Positions 37,776-50,538 of a stretch of DNA of 64,000 bases are shown one piece after another. The DNA comes from Mobula hypostoma. Its lineage: Eukaryota. The notes beneath the pieces were generated by a model. It saw nothing but the letters and a program-made list of their open reading frames with translations. It did no database searches and was not told the DNA's origin. The DNA lies in NCBI RefSeq assembly GCF_963921235.1, contig NC_086108.1, positions 101,930,001 through 101,994,000 of the forward strand, written 5' to 3'. Made by a program: the position numbers and the translations under genes. Each line of letters opens with the position of its first letter. The first letter of the stretch is position 1.

Positions 37776-38550
37776 ATCCATCACTGCTTCCACTTCTTTC
37801 CATTTATTACACTGGAGTTAATAGGGCTGGTCAACATAATCTTGATTATTTTAATATTGAGCAACAAGCCAGCTTTTTGCACTTTCTTCTTTCACTTTGA
37901 TTAGAAGCTTCCTCAGATCCTCCTCACTTTCAGCCATTAGAGTAGTATCATCTGCATATCTGAGGTTGTTAGTATTTCATCCAGCATTTTGATACCAACA
38001 TTTGAATCCTCTAGACCAGTGTTCCTCATGATGTGTTCAGCATTTAGATTAAATAAGATGACAGAATGCAGCCTTATTAAACTCCTTTCCCAATCTTGAA
38101 CCAATTTGTTGTTTCGTGGTCAGTTCTAACTGTTGCTTCTTGATCTACGTACACGTTTCTCATAAGGCAGATCAGATGTCCATGCATCCCCATTTCTTTA
38201 AGGATTTGCCATAGTTTATTATGATCCACACTGTCAAAGGCTTTAGAGCAGTCAATAAAACATAGATGAATATTTTTCTGGAATTCCCTCAATTTCTCTG
38301 TTATCTAGCCTAGGTTAGCAATTTGATCTCTGGTGACTCTGCCTCTTCTAAAACCAACTTGAACGTTTGGCAGTTCTCGTTCCATATATTGCTGGAGTCT
38401 TGTTTGCATGATCTTTAGCATTACCTTGATAGCATGTGAAACTAGTGAAATTGTTCAGTAATTTGAACATTCCTTTACATTTCCCTTCTTAGGAATTGGG
38501 ATATACTGTAAACTGATCTTTTCCAGTCTAAAGGTCAAGATGAACACAAC
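37776..38550 (-). mobile_element. BovB-like RTE fragment (duplicated copy)
   Basis: ORF 38077-38292: REFQKNIHLCFIDCSKAFDSVDHNKLWQILKEMG...QEATVRT...NWFKIGKGV. Confidence 0.88.
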
Positions 38551-39710
38551 TTGTCAAAACTTGAACACATCACCAGTGCCACCCTACCCACCATCCAGGA
38601 CACGTATACAGACAAGTTCCTGAAAAGGGCCAGTGACATCATGAAGGATCATACCCATCCTATTCTTGGACTGTTTTACTTTCTTCCATCAGGCAGGAGG
38701 CTATGTAACATCCACACCAGGACTACCAGACTCAAAAACAGTTATTTCTCCCCAAACAGTAAGGCTGATCAACACCTCCACTCACAAACTCCGCCACTAC
38801 TTTATTATTTCCTGTCAGTCACCTTATGTACAACCTAGTGTCATACAATCAATCTAGTATGTGTATAAACTCTTTTATGTATTTCTATTTATTATTTATT
38901 ATTATTATTGTGTTCCTTATCTTTCATGTCTTTTTTGTGCTGCATCAGTTCTAGAGTAAATTGTTTTGTTCTCCTTTACACTTGTGTACAGGAACTAACG
39001 TTACACAGTCTTCACAACATATGTCAGTGACAATTGAACCTAATTCTGATTCTATCTGGACTTTTGATTTCAGCAGGGAGCCAAGAAATGGGAGGAAAGG
39101 AAAAGTGGAATGTAAGAATAGTCTGGGGAGATACATGAAAACAGATTTTAGGTGCTTGTGCAGGGATATAAACACAAAAGAGACAGTTGCTACTTTATAG
39201 ATTTCGATACGTGATATATTGAGAAATAAGGAAATGCAGAGAAATTAAACTGATATTTTGTGTTGCCCTTATGGAAGAGGACAAAGAAAACTTCCAGAAA
39301 CAATAAAGAACAAAAAGTTGGGATTGAAGAGGGAATTGAAAGGAAATGGCACTGACTAAAAAAATTAGAGAGATTCATAGGACTGATAACCTGCATCCCG
39401 ATGTTAAAAAAGAGGCAGCTATAGAAATAATAAGTGCCCTGTTTGTTATCTCCCAAAACTAAGTGGAATACAGAATGGTCCCCACAGAACAAAGCCAATA
39501 GTTAATCAATCTGTTTTTTGAGGTTTACTTGGATTAAGAGGAACCTGTCAATGGATATGGTGACACAAAAGATGTCTACATTCTGAAACTCTAAATAGTC
39601 ACCATGAAGGATAAGTTAGAGTGCATGTAAGATGCTACTAAGGATTTGGGATTGGTTAAAAGACTGAAAATGAAGAATGGGAATAAATGAAGGCTGAGAC
39701 GAGTCCACTG
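37776..39710. repeat. Inverted segmental duplication, copy B (partner 3054-4973)
   Basis: Same composite of old CR1 + Rex1 3' end + BovB-like RTE in opposite orientation, with reciprocal ~170-bp indels. Confidence 0.9.
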
Positions 39711-40339
39711 CTGTGGTATTATATCAATCAGTGCTAGGGCTGCATCTATATCACTGATTTGGAACATCTATTTCATATAAAATGTAACATATCCAAGTCT
39801 GTGAATAATGAAGAGATGATTAAACATGTAGATTCTGGAGAAATGCAAGAGGCTTTAGTAAAATGTAGATAGATTAGTTGCATGGGTGTGGAAAAATAGA
39901 TGAAAAATAGGCTGGAAAAATATGACATCATCTATTTTGGTTGCCGGGAACAGGGAGAAGAGGTATCTTTAAATGGTGAGAGAGGGAGATATGTTGATAC
40001 TCAGAGAGACCTGGGTTCTTATAAGTAATCACAAAAGATAATATGCAAATGAAGCAAGCTGTTCAGAAAGCACACGATATTTTGGCTTTATTACAACAAG
40101 ATTTCAGTTGTTTATTACAATTATGTAGGATAATTGGTTTATCTGAGATACTGATTATACAGTGAAAGGTACTGAGATACAGTGAAAGTCTTTGCATGCC
40201 ATCCTGACTAGGGTGTCAATCAGGCCAAATGTGCATGTCAGGTATCGCTACATAAAGAAGTATAAATGAGGTAAAAGGCATCGAATGAAGGATCACAAAA
40301 ATAATTCCTGGAATGGATAGTAAACCAAAGATGAAAGTA

Positions 40340-41962
40340 ACATAGGAACATAGAAGACCTACAGCACAATTGTGGCGGGGTCCTGAATTACTCCTAAAAA
40401 TTGTGCTCGATTACCCCTATGAACTATGCTTTTGAAAAGAGAGAGAGAGAGATGATCAACAACAGACACCTTGTTAAAAAGAGAAAGAGAGAGTTATTTA
40501 ACACCGACATCTTGTCTTTAAGGGAGAGAGATGAAGACTGCTTGGAGATGGTGTTATGATTTTTCGACAGGTTGTTTATTCTTTCTCCAAGGTCATTGCC
40601 TGCTTGTACATTCTTACACAGACAAAGAAAGGAAGAGTTATTTGAGTACAGTGAGATAAATAGAAGGTCAGAGGATAGACCTGCAACACATGATTTTGGA
40701 CACTGAATGAGCTTTGTTGGGCCCACAGAAAAAGTGGGTTTTTGGAGGATCGATCAGGTGGATCGATCAGTGGCTCTCGCAGTGTGGACAGGGTGTGACC
40801 GGTGGGGAGTTATTTGTGTGCCCAACCCTCACCTGGGTTGATAACTCCACCACAGAAGAACAGTCTCCTTTGTTTCAGTCACAGTCGGTGACTTTTAAAG
40901 GATTTCGGAGGACAATGGGAAGATTGATGGCGTCAGCTCACCTAAAGACTCAAATCTCTCTCTCTCTCCGTCACTACTCAACTCAATACCACGAACTGAA
41001 CTGAACTTCACTCATCATCGTAAGACTGTATCTATTTACTCCTAGACTTGAAGAAGCTTGGTTTTCTTATATATTCCACATTTACTTATATATAATTATT
41101 GCTAACCTGTTTAATTTATTTGCATTTAAATTACTGTATTATGTAGTTACTAATAAATAATATTAGTTAATAGCAATACTGGACTCCAAATTGTTTTCCA
41201 TCTCTGCTGGTTCGTTAACCCATCACGGGGTACGTGACACAATACAGGCCCTTCGGCCCGCAAAGTTGTGCCGAACATGTCCCTACCTTAGAAATTACTA
41301 GGCTTATCCATTGCCCTCTATCTTTCTAAGCTCCGTGTACCTATCCAAAAGTCTCTTAAAAGACCCTATTGTATCCGCCTCCACCACCATTGCCGGCAGC
41401 CCATTTCATGCACTCAGAACTCTCTGAGTAAAAAACTTATCCCTGACATCTCCTCTGTACCTACTCCCCAGCACCTTAAACTTGTGTCCTCTTGTGGCAA
41501 CCATTTCAGCCCTGGGAAAAAGCCTCTGACTATCCACACTGTCAATGCCTCTCATCATCTTCGGCATACTCTCCAATCCAGGCAACATCTTTGTAAGTCT
41601 CTTCTGCACCCTATCTATGGCTTTCACATCCTTCCTGTAGTGAGGCGACCAGAACTGAGCACAGTACTCCAAGTGGGGTCTGACCAGGGTCCTATACAGC
41701 TGTAACATTACCTCTCGGCTCCTAAATTCAATTCCATGATTGATGAAGGCCAATACACCGTATGCCTTCTTAACCACAGAATCAACTTGCGCTGCTGCTT
41801 TAAGCATCTTATGGACCCCAAGATCCCTCTGATCCTCCACACTGTCAAGAGTCTTACCATTAATACTAGGTTCTGCCATCATATTTGACCTACCAAAATG
41901 AACCACTTCACAATTACCTGGGTTGAACTCCATCTGCCACGTCTCAGCCCAGTTTTGCATCC
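40340..41962 (-). mobile_element. CR1 3' fragment (split by the solo LTR)
   Basis: ORF 41406-41960: WQMEFNP..CEVVHFG...[15 protein letters not shown]. Confidence 0.9.
40371..41239 (+). mobile_element. Solo LTR (869 bp) inserted in a CR1 tail; 3' part related to 11384-12641
   Basis: TG...CA termini; 4-bp TSD CAAT (40367-40370, 41240-41243); shared 3' motif GTTACTAATAAA...CTGCTGGTTC..TAACCC...CGGGGTAC.T.ACA. Confidence 0.8.
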
Positions 41963-42529
41963 TGTCAGTGAGATTGTAGCTGATATGGGAATATATTGTG
42001 TAGAATTCAGAATAATCTGGAGGTGGTCACTGAAACATAGCAAGCTCTCTTGTAGGGATGACATTTCTGGTTATGGTTCAGGTCTGATTAATATTGGGGT
42101 AAAAAACAAACTGGTTCAGTGGAGATTTACAGCAAATCTCAATTTATTATAAAGAATGCAAAAGTCACATAATCAAAAGCAAAAGATAAAACTTCCATTC
42201 ACAGGACTCCAAGGTGATGGCTTGATGCCTAGTCTTAACTTGCCGAGTTCCTTAGCACTGATCTCGAATCTAGATGAAGGTTAATTCCGACTGCTTTCAA
42301 AATCCATCACATCAAACGAACATAATCACAATGCACAAGAAACAACTTTTCAGAAAGTCTTTTGAACAATAAAGTAAACCTGAGCAGAGTTTTTATTTTA
42401 ATTTTTTTAGAGGTGGTGTATGGGGTGTACAGTGAGGGGTAGCAGCTCTGGTGAAGAGGCTTGTCAGGTCCTCTCTGGGGCAGTTCCCCCATCTTTCGTC
42501 CCCACAGAACATTCAGCTCTCACCAGTTG

Positions 42530-44105
42530 CTCCAAATAGTCCAGATAGCTGTGAGAGTCAGTAGGCTTATAGTAGACATCAGTGGATAAGCTGTCTCCAG
42601 AGACAGAGACAGAAAGATCTAGAAAGGGGAGGGAGGTCTCGGAAATGGACCAGGTAAACTTGAGGGCAGGGTGAAGGTTGGAAGCAAAGTTAATGAAGTC
42701 AACGAGTTCTGCATGCGTGCAGGAAGCAGCGCCAATGCAGTCATCGATGTAGCGAAGGAAAAGTGGGGGACAGATACCAGAATAGGCACGGAACATAGAT
42801 TGTTCCACAAACCCAACAAAAAGGCAGGCATAGCTAGGACCCATATGGGTGCCCATAGCTACACCTTTAGTTTGGAGGAAGTGGGAAGAGCCAAAGGAGA
42901 AATTATTAAGAGTAAGGACTAATTCCGCTGGACGGAGCAGAGTGGTGGTAGAGGGGAACTGATTAGGTCTGGAATCCAAAAAGAAGCATAGAGCTTTGAG
43001 ACCTTCCTGATGGAGGATGGAAGTATATAAGGACTGGACATCCATGATGAAAATAAAGCGGTGGGGGCCAGGGAACTTAAAAGAGTTCGGTGGGGCAGGA
43101 GCAAGCTGAGACAATAGGTCGGCCAGGACAGGCAGGTTTGTGGATCTTGGGTAGGAGGTAGAAACGGGAAGTGCGGGGTGTGGGAACTATAAGGTTGGTA
43201 GCAGTGGATGGGAGAGGGGTAAATAAGAGGAGGTATCCGCGAGTTGTCGCTGTGCCTCGGCAAGGTAGAGGTCAGTACGCCAGACTACAACAGCACCCCC
43301 CTTATCAGCGGGTTTAATAATAAGGTTAGGATTAGTGCGGAGGGAGTGGAGAGCAGAGCGTTCCGAAGGAGTGAGGTTGGAATGGGGACAAGGTGTGGTG
43401 AAGTCGAGACGGTTGATGTCCCGTCGGCAGTTAGCAATAAAGAGATCCAGAGCAGGCAGAAGACCAGAGTGGGGTGTCCATGAAGAAGAGGAGGGTTGAA
43501 GACAGGAGAAGGGGTCCTCGGTGGGGGTGGAAGAGTCCTTGCCGAAGAAGTAGGCTCGGAGACGGAGACGGCGGAAGAAAAGTTCCGCATCATGGCAAAC
43601 ACGGAACTCGCTGAGGTGTGGGCAAAGGGGGACAAACGTGAGGCCCTTACTGAGCGTTCTGCGTCCGACAGTTGAAGGTCGGAGGGGATGGTAAAGACCC
43701 GGCACGGATGAGAGCTGGGATCAGAGGGGGGAGTGGGGAGGCTGGGGGTGTCAGTGGAGAGGGGAGGGTTGGGGTGAGAGGAAGATGGAGCCTCTGAGGG
43801 CCCAGGAGCTGACGGTGGGATCTGAGGAAGACGGGGCTGCGGAGTGGTGGTGGGGGAAGGGGAGACGGGAGTCACAACAGCAGCACATAAAGACCCGGCC
43901 TGGAGTTCAAGGCTGGCGTCGCAGTTGGTGGTTGCGCAATCGCTGTGAAGGTGTCCATGGTCGTTGCTGGAGTCTGGGTTTTGAATATGCCCTGAGGTGT
44001 TGCAGCCGGCGAGATCAATGGCAGAGGCCGCAATCTGAAGTTCATGCCTGCTAGCGTCGGGGCCGGCAGGCTCTGGAGTCCGTAGATGTAAGATCTTGCG
44101 ATCAA
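42530..44105 (-). mobile_element. Penelope-like element, N-terminal region + RT with internal deletions
   Basis: LSKGLTFVP, IKPADKGGAVVVW, MDVQSLYTSI, GVAMGTHMGPSYACLFVG, FLRYIDD, LPFLDL, YYKPTD. Confidence 0.93.
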
Positions 44106-44132
44106 TGTTATATGTTATAGATTGGACTAATT

Positions 44133-46940
44133 TTGTTAAGAATAATGACTAACTTATTGAATTTTTTGAGTTTTAATGTTAATGGGCTTAACGGACCAGT
44201 GAAAAGAAAAAGAATTTTAACACATATTAAGAAAATGAAGGTAGATATAGCCTTCTTGCAGGAAACACACGTAACGGAGACAGAACATCAGAAGTTAAAG
44301 AGAGATTGGGTGGGAAGTGTTATTGCTGCAAAAGCGAGGGGAGTTGCAATTTTGATCAATAAAACGTTACCAATTAGAATACAAAATGTAATAACTGATT
44401 CTGCGGGGAGATATGTGATTATACGTTGCCAACTGTTTCAGAATTATGGACTCTCATGAATATTTATGCACCAAATGAAAATGATGCAAAATTTATATAA
44501 GAAGCGTTTTTGAATTTGGCTGATGCACGTGATAAAATATTAATAGGTGGAGACTTTAACTTTTGTCTAGACCCAGTTTCAGATAGATCAACCAAGGCTG
44601 TTACAGAATCAAAGGTAGTAAAATTAACCTTATCATTGATGAAAGATTTAAATTTGATTGATATATGGAGAAGAATTGACCCAAGAGAAAGAGACTATTC
44701 GTTCTATTCTAACAGACATGAAACTTACTCGAGGATAGATCTTTTCTTATTAACAATGAATATTCAGGACAGAGTGAAAAATGTGGAATATAAAGCGAGA
44801 ATATTGTCAGATCATTCTCCTTTAATAATGACAATAATAATGACGGATAAGGAGGAATCAATTTATAGATGGAGATTTAATTCAGTATTATTAAAATAAC
44901 AAGATTTTTGTTATTTTATGAAAAAACAGATCCAATTTTTTTGGATACAAACTCTTATTCAGTTGATGATAAATTTGTATTATGGGACGCGATGAAAGCA
45001 TATTTGAGGGGTCAGATAATAAGTTATACGTCTAAAATTAAGAAAGAATATATAGCAGAACTAGATCAATTGGAGAAAGAGATTACAAAATTAGAAAAAA
45101 TCTCAAAGACATGTGACAGAAGAAAATCGAAGGCAACTTGTCAATAAGAAGTTACAATATAATACGCTTCAGACATATCAAACGGAAAAAGCAAATATGA
45201 GAACTAAGCAAAGGTGTTATGAGTTAGGTGAGAGATCACACAAGATTCTTGCCTGGCAGTTGAAAACAGAGCAGGCTTCCAAAACGATAAATGCAATTAG
45301 AACAAGTGCAAATAAAATTACTTATAAACCTTTAGAAATTAGCGAAACCTTTAAAAGTTTTTACTCTGAATTATATTAATCGGAATCACAAAACGATATT
45401 AATGAAATAGGAAGATTTTTATCACGAATAACTCTTCCAAAATTGAATTTGGAAGAACAGGAGGGATTAGATATGCCTTTTACATTAAAAGAGGTTGAAA
45501 AAGCTTTAGGATCACTTCAAAGTAATAAATCTCCAGGAGAGGATGGTTTTCCGCCTGAATTTTACAGCAAGTTTAAAGATTTATTAACCTCCTTTTATGG
45601 AGTTAATACATCAAGTGGAAAGAACACATAAACTTCCAGAATCTTTTTTGACAGCGATTGTAATAGTATTGCCAAAAAAAGATAGAGATCCTTTAAAACC
45701 AGCATCATATAGGCCTATTTCTTTGTTGAATATGGATTATAAAATAATAGCAAAAATTTTATCTAGTAGATTATCTAAATATTTACCAAAATTAATACGT
45801 ATGGTCAAACAGGATTTATTAAAAATAGACAATTGGCAGATAATATAACTCGGCTACTTAGTTTAATTCATTTGGCACAAAAGAGGGAGGAAATGAGTAT
45901 GGTAGTAGCTGTGGATGCAGAAAAAGCATTTGATAGATCGGAATCAGATTTTTTATTTAAAGTATTAGTAAAATATGGGTTAGGAGTACCTTTTATATAC
46001 TAATCCTAATGCTAAAGTAGTGACAAAGAGCCAAATTTCAACACCATTCCAGTTAAAGAGGTCAACTAGACAAGGTTGTCCATTATCACCTGCTTTATTT
46101 GTACTGGCAATAGAACCATTAGCTGAATTAATTAGAATTGATTCAGATATTAAGGGTTTTAGAGTTAATCAGGAGGAATATAAGATTAATTTATTTGCTG
46201 ATGATGTTTTGATTTTTTTAACAAACCCATTGCATTCGTTGCGTAAACTATATTCTAGATTGGAAGAATATGGGAAAGTATCAGGGTATAAAATAAATTG
46301 GGATAAAAGTGAAATCTTACCCCTTACTAAAGGAGATCATAGTCAATGTCGATTAGCAACTCAATTTAGATGGCCGATAAATGGTATAAAGTACTTAGGT
46401 ATAGGAATTAATAATGATATAAAGAATTTATATAAATTAAATTACTTATCACTATTGAAAAAAATTCAAGAGGTCTTGACAAATGGATGATGTTATCAAT
46501 AACATTAGTCGGTAGAGTCAATGCTGTAAAAATGAATATATTTCCTAGATTACAATATCTATTTCAAACACTACCAATACAACTGCCGCAGAAATTTTTT
46601 CAAGAGTTAAATAAATGAGTGAGGAAATTTCTTTGGAAGGGTAAGATGTCAAGAATATCGTTGGAAAAATTGACATGGAAATTTGTCTTAGGAGGGTTAC
46701 AACTTCCAAATTTTAAGAATTATTATAAAGCAAATCAACTTAGATTTATTGCATCTCTTTTTGACGAATGAAAACCGGCATGGATTAGAATAGAATTAGA
46801 TAAGACAGGAGAAAATACATCTGAAGATTTTACATATAAATGGGAATCTAAATGGATACGGGAAAAGAAAGAATCTCCTATATTAAAACAACTGATTGAT
46901 CTATGGAATAAGATAAATGTTGATGATGAAATAAAGAAAT
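44133..46940 (+). mobile_element. L1-clade LINE ORF2 (APE + RT), decayed and 3'-truncated
   Basis: SFNVNGLN, FLQETH, GGDFN, SRIDLFL, SDHSP, KSPGEDGF, YRPISLLN.DYK, TRQGCPLSP, LFADD. Confidence 0.93.
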
Positions 46941-46944
46941 AAGG

Positions 46945-49900
46945 AAGCATTAAGACCAAAAGGTACAGGAGCAAAATTAGACCATTTGGCCCGTTAATCT
47001 GCTCCACCATTCAATTGTGATTGATATTTTTAAAGTTTATTCTCCTGCCTTCTCCCAGAACCATTAAATTCTTTCCCAATCAAAGGCCTGTCAATCTCTT
47101 GAACGTATCCAATGACTTGGGCTCTCACACACCTTCTTACTTTCCTCCTCATCTCAGTTTTAAAGAGAAGTCTCTTTATTGAGATGCTGTGCCCTCAGAT
47201 CTTGTACACTCCTACTAATGGAAGCATCTTCCCCACATCCACTCTATTCAGATTAGTCAGTACCCAGTAGCTTTCAATAAGATCTCCTTCATCCTTCTGT
47301 ACATCAAGTACAGGCCCAGAACCATCAAATGTTCCTCATACATGAAGCTTTTCATTCCTGGGATCATTCTTGTGAACCAGTTCTAGACCTCTCCAAGACC
47401 AAGCCATCTTTCCTTAGATACAGGGCCAAAAATTGCTCATAATATGGTCATAATATTGACATACGGTCCAACCAACACCTTATATAGCTTTAACAGCACT
47501 ATGTAAGTCGCAGCAAGCAAGGGTTAAGGTAATGTCCAGGCAAGGAGAGTTTACAGATAATGTGCAGTTAACCTATGTAAAAAAGGCCTCTGAAGAGAAA
47601 TTTTTGATGAACATAATTTCCCTTTGCATGACAGGGGACTGGAGCCACTTGTCATGATGAAGTCATAATAAAAGCTATCGGCCGGAAATATCCATTGTTT
47701 ACTCATTTCCATAGGTGCTGCCTGTGACTGGTGACTGTTTATGCAAATTAGGAAGCTGATCGTACACAATGTTTTAAATTAGTCTATATCTGTGTACTCA
47801 TTCGATTTCTGTGTAAAAATGGCATTTCTTTGCTCAAACTTCAGAACAGTGTGGTGACAAGAGGCTTGCTGTTTTCCTTGTGCATCAGAAAATAAAGTGT
47901 GATTGAGGAGCAAGTGTGAGTTTTCAGAGTCCAGTTAACCAGCGACGACAGTACATCCTTGCATTTATATTCTTGTCCTTTCAAAATCAATGCTAACATT
48001 GCATTTGCTTTCCATACTACTTATTCATCCTGCAAACCACACACAAGGATGTGAAGTTAATGGCCTGTGGAGTCTTCTGAGAGAGTATTGACAAAGACTT
48101 TGTTAAGAACTGAATGGGAAGAATGTTTTCCAGTGCTGATTGATTGTTGATCTTCTTTCACCCTGTCAGGTCCAGATCAGCTCCAACCTGTTATATTTCT
48201 TCATGTCCACACCCTTAGTTTGTCTTGTCATGAAGTTGGCTGTTACCAGTGTTGTTTGAATTATTCGTTGGCTCATAGCCTTAAAGTTCAGCCCAATTTG
48301 TGAGCTACCACCATGAGCCATTTATTCCTAGTGTTTAATTTCTGTCTGTTAGCCAATCTCTGGGAGACATACTCAGAGTATAGAACCGAGGCAAAAGAGT
48401 AGTGAGGTCATGGACTGTGTCCGGATTACAGAGAAGGAGGTGCTGGCAATCTTGAGCTGAATTTGGATGGATAAATTCCCAGGGCCTGATAAAATGCCCA
48501 TTACAGCTGGTGTGAGGCTAGTGCAGAAATTACAGGGGCCCTGGCAGAGTTATTTAAACCATACTTAGCCACTGGGGTGATGCTGGAGGATTGAATGTTG
48601 TTCCATTGTTTAAGAAAGGCTCTAAGCATAATCTGGAAAATTATAGACCGGTGAGCATGATATCTGTAATGGATAAATTATTGGAGGTATTAATATTGGA
48701 AGCAATAAGTTAAAGGAACATGATGTTACAGGCATCTCTGAATCATGACTGAAAGAAAATTATAGCTGGGATCTTAATGTCCAAGGATACATGCTGTACC
48801 TAAAGAACAGACAGGTAGGCAACTACACAGAGAACATGGCATGGCTCCGTTAGTAAAAAAGGAAATTACGCCATTAAAAAGAATTAACGTAGGGTTGAAC
48901 AGTGTTGAAATGCTGTCTACAAATTACATTGAGAGAATGAAAATGCAAAAGGGAAATGTTACAAGAGCCATGTGGAATTTCAGTATACACAATAGATTGG
49001 GAAAATTAGGTTGGTGCTGAATCCTAAGAGGGGAAATTTCTAGAATCTCTATCAGAATTCTTTTAAGAACAGGTTGTAGTTGAGCCCAATTGGGAATCAG
49101 CTATTCTGGATTGGATATTGTGCAATGAACAAAATTGATTAAAGATTTTAAGGTAAAAGAACCCTTTGGGACGAGTGATCATAATATGACGGAATTCACC
49201 CTGAAATTTGAGAAGGAGAAGCTAAAGTTAGATGCATCAGTATTACATTGGAGTAAAACATATTACAGGGGCATGAAAGAGGAGTTGGCCAAAATATATT
49301 GGAAAATAACACTGGCAGGAATGTCAACAAATCAGCAATGGCTGAAATTTCTGGAAGCAATTCAGAAGGCACAGGATATATACATCCCAAAAAGGAAGAA
49401 GTATTCTAAAGGCAAGATGACACAACCGTAGCTAACAAGAGAAGTCAAAGCCAACCTAAAAGCCAAAGAGAGGGCATATCACAAAGCAATAATTAGAGAA
49501 TTGGGAAGCTTTTAAAAACCAAAAGAAGGTAACTAAATAAAAAGTCACAGAGGAGAAAAAGATGGAATACAAAAGTAAGTAAGCCAATAATATTAAAGAA
49601 GATACAAAAAATCTCTTCAGATGCATAACGTGTAAAAAGAGAAGTGAGAGTGGATATCTGACCACTAGAAAGCATTGCTGGAGGGGTAGTAATGAGAGAC
49701 AAGGAAATGGCAAAGAACTTTTTTGCATCAATCTTCACTGTGGAAGACACTTACAGTATGGTGGAAATTCTAGAGTGTCCAGGGCCAGAATTGTGTGAAA
49801 TTGCCATCACTAAGGAGAAAGTTCTCAGGAAACTGAAAGGTCTGAAGGTGAGATAAGCCACCTGGACTAGATGGTATACACCCCATAGTTCTGAATGAGG

Positions 49901-50330
49901 TGGCTGAAGAGATTGCAGAGGAATTAGTAATGATCTTTCAAAAGTCACTGAATTCTGGAATGGTTCCAGGAGACTGGAAAATTCCAAATGTCTCTCCTCT
50001 CTGTAAAAAGGGAGAGAGATAGAAAAAAGGAAATTATAGGTCACTTAGTCTGACCTTAGTAGTTGGGAAAATGTTGGATTCGATTTTTAAGGATTTGGCT
50101 TCAGGATACTTGGAGGCACATAATAAAATAGGCTGTAGTCAGCATGGTTTTCTCAAGGGAAAATCGTGCCTGACAAATCTGTTGGAATTCTGTGAAGAAA
50201 TAACAAGCAAGATAGACAAAGGAGAATCGGCTGATGTAGAGTACTTGGATTTTGATAGGCATTTAACAAGGTGCCACGCATGAGACTACTTAACAATTTA
50301 CAAGCACATGATATTACAGGAAAGACGCAG
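46945..50330. mobile_element. Decayed CR1 fragments (46945-47490 -, 48370-50330 +)
   Basis: GTSDHN, QHGFLKGKSCLTNLLEF and CR1 3'-end motifs. Confidence 0.75.
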
Positions 50331-50538
50331 CAAAGAATTTTCTGTTTATAATGTCATGTGAATGCTCAAAAAAATTTAAGACTTCAGAGGTTTTTGGATT
50401 TTGACATAAGGTGTACTCAACTTGCAGAACCACCAATCAAGTGAGGAGCATTGTAGTATCTCTACCCATCTGGCGAACTTCCATTCAGTTCCACACAAGG
50501 AAATGATGGGTAAGTTCATAGCTGGAAACACCGTAAAC

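Noticed and set aside
43285..43875. Proline-rich 196-aa ORF
   Set aside because: Low-complexity linker and alternative frame of the Penelope ORF.
47800..47860. FDFCVK...CSNFRTVW as CLCA exon 6
   Set aside because: It lacks the HN.EAPN.QN motif, has the wrong spacing and an in-frame stop; likely chance.
50428..50509. AG...GTAAGT-bounded open segment (NHQSSEEHCSISTHL...)
   Set aside because: No resemblance to CLCA or any protein I recognise, and the pyrimidine tract is weak.
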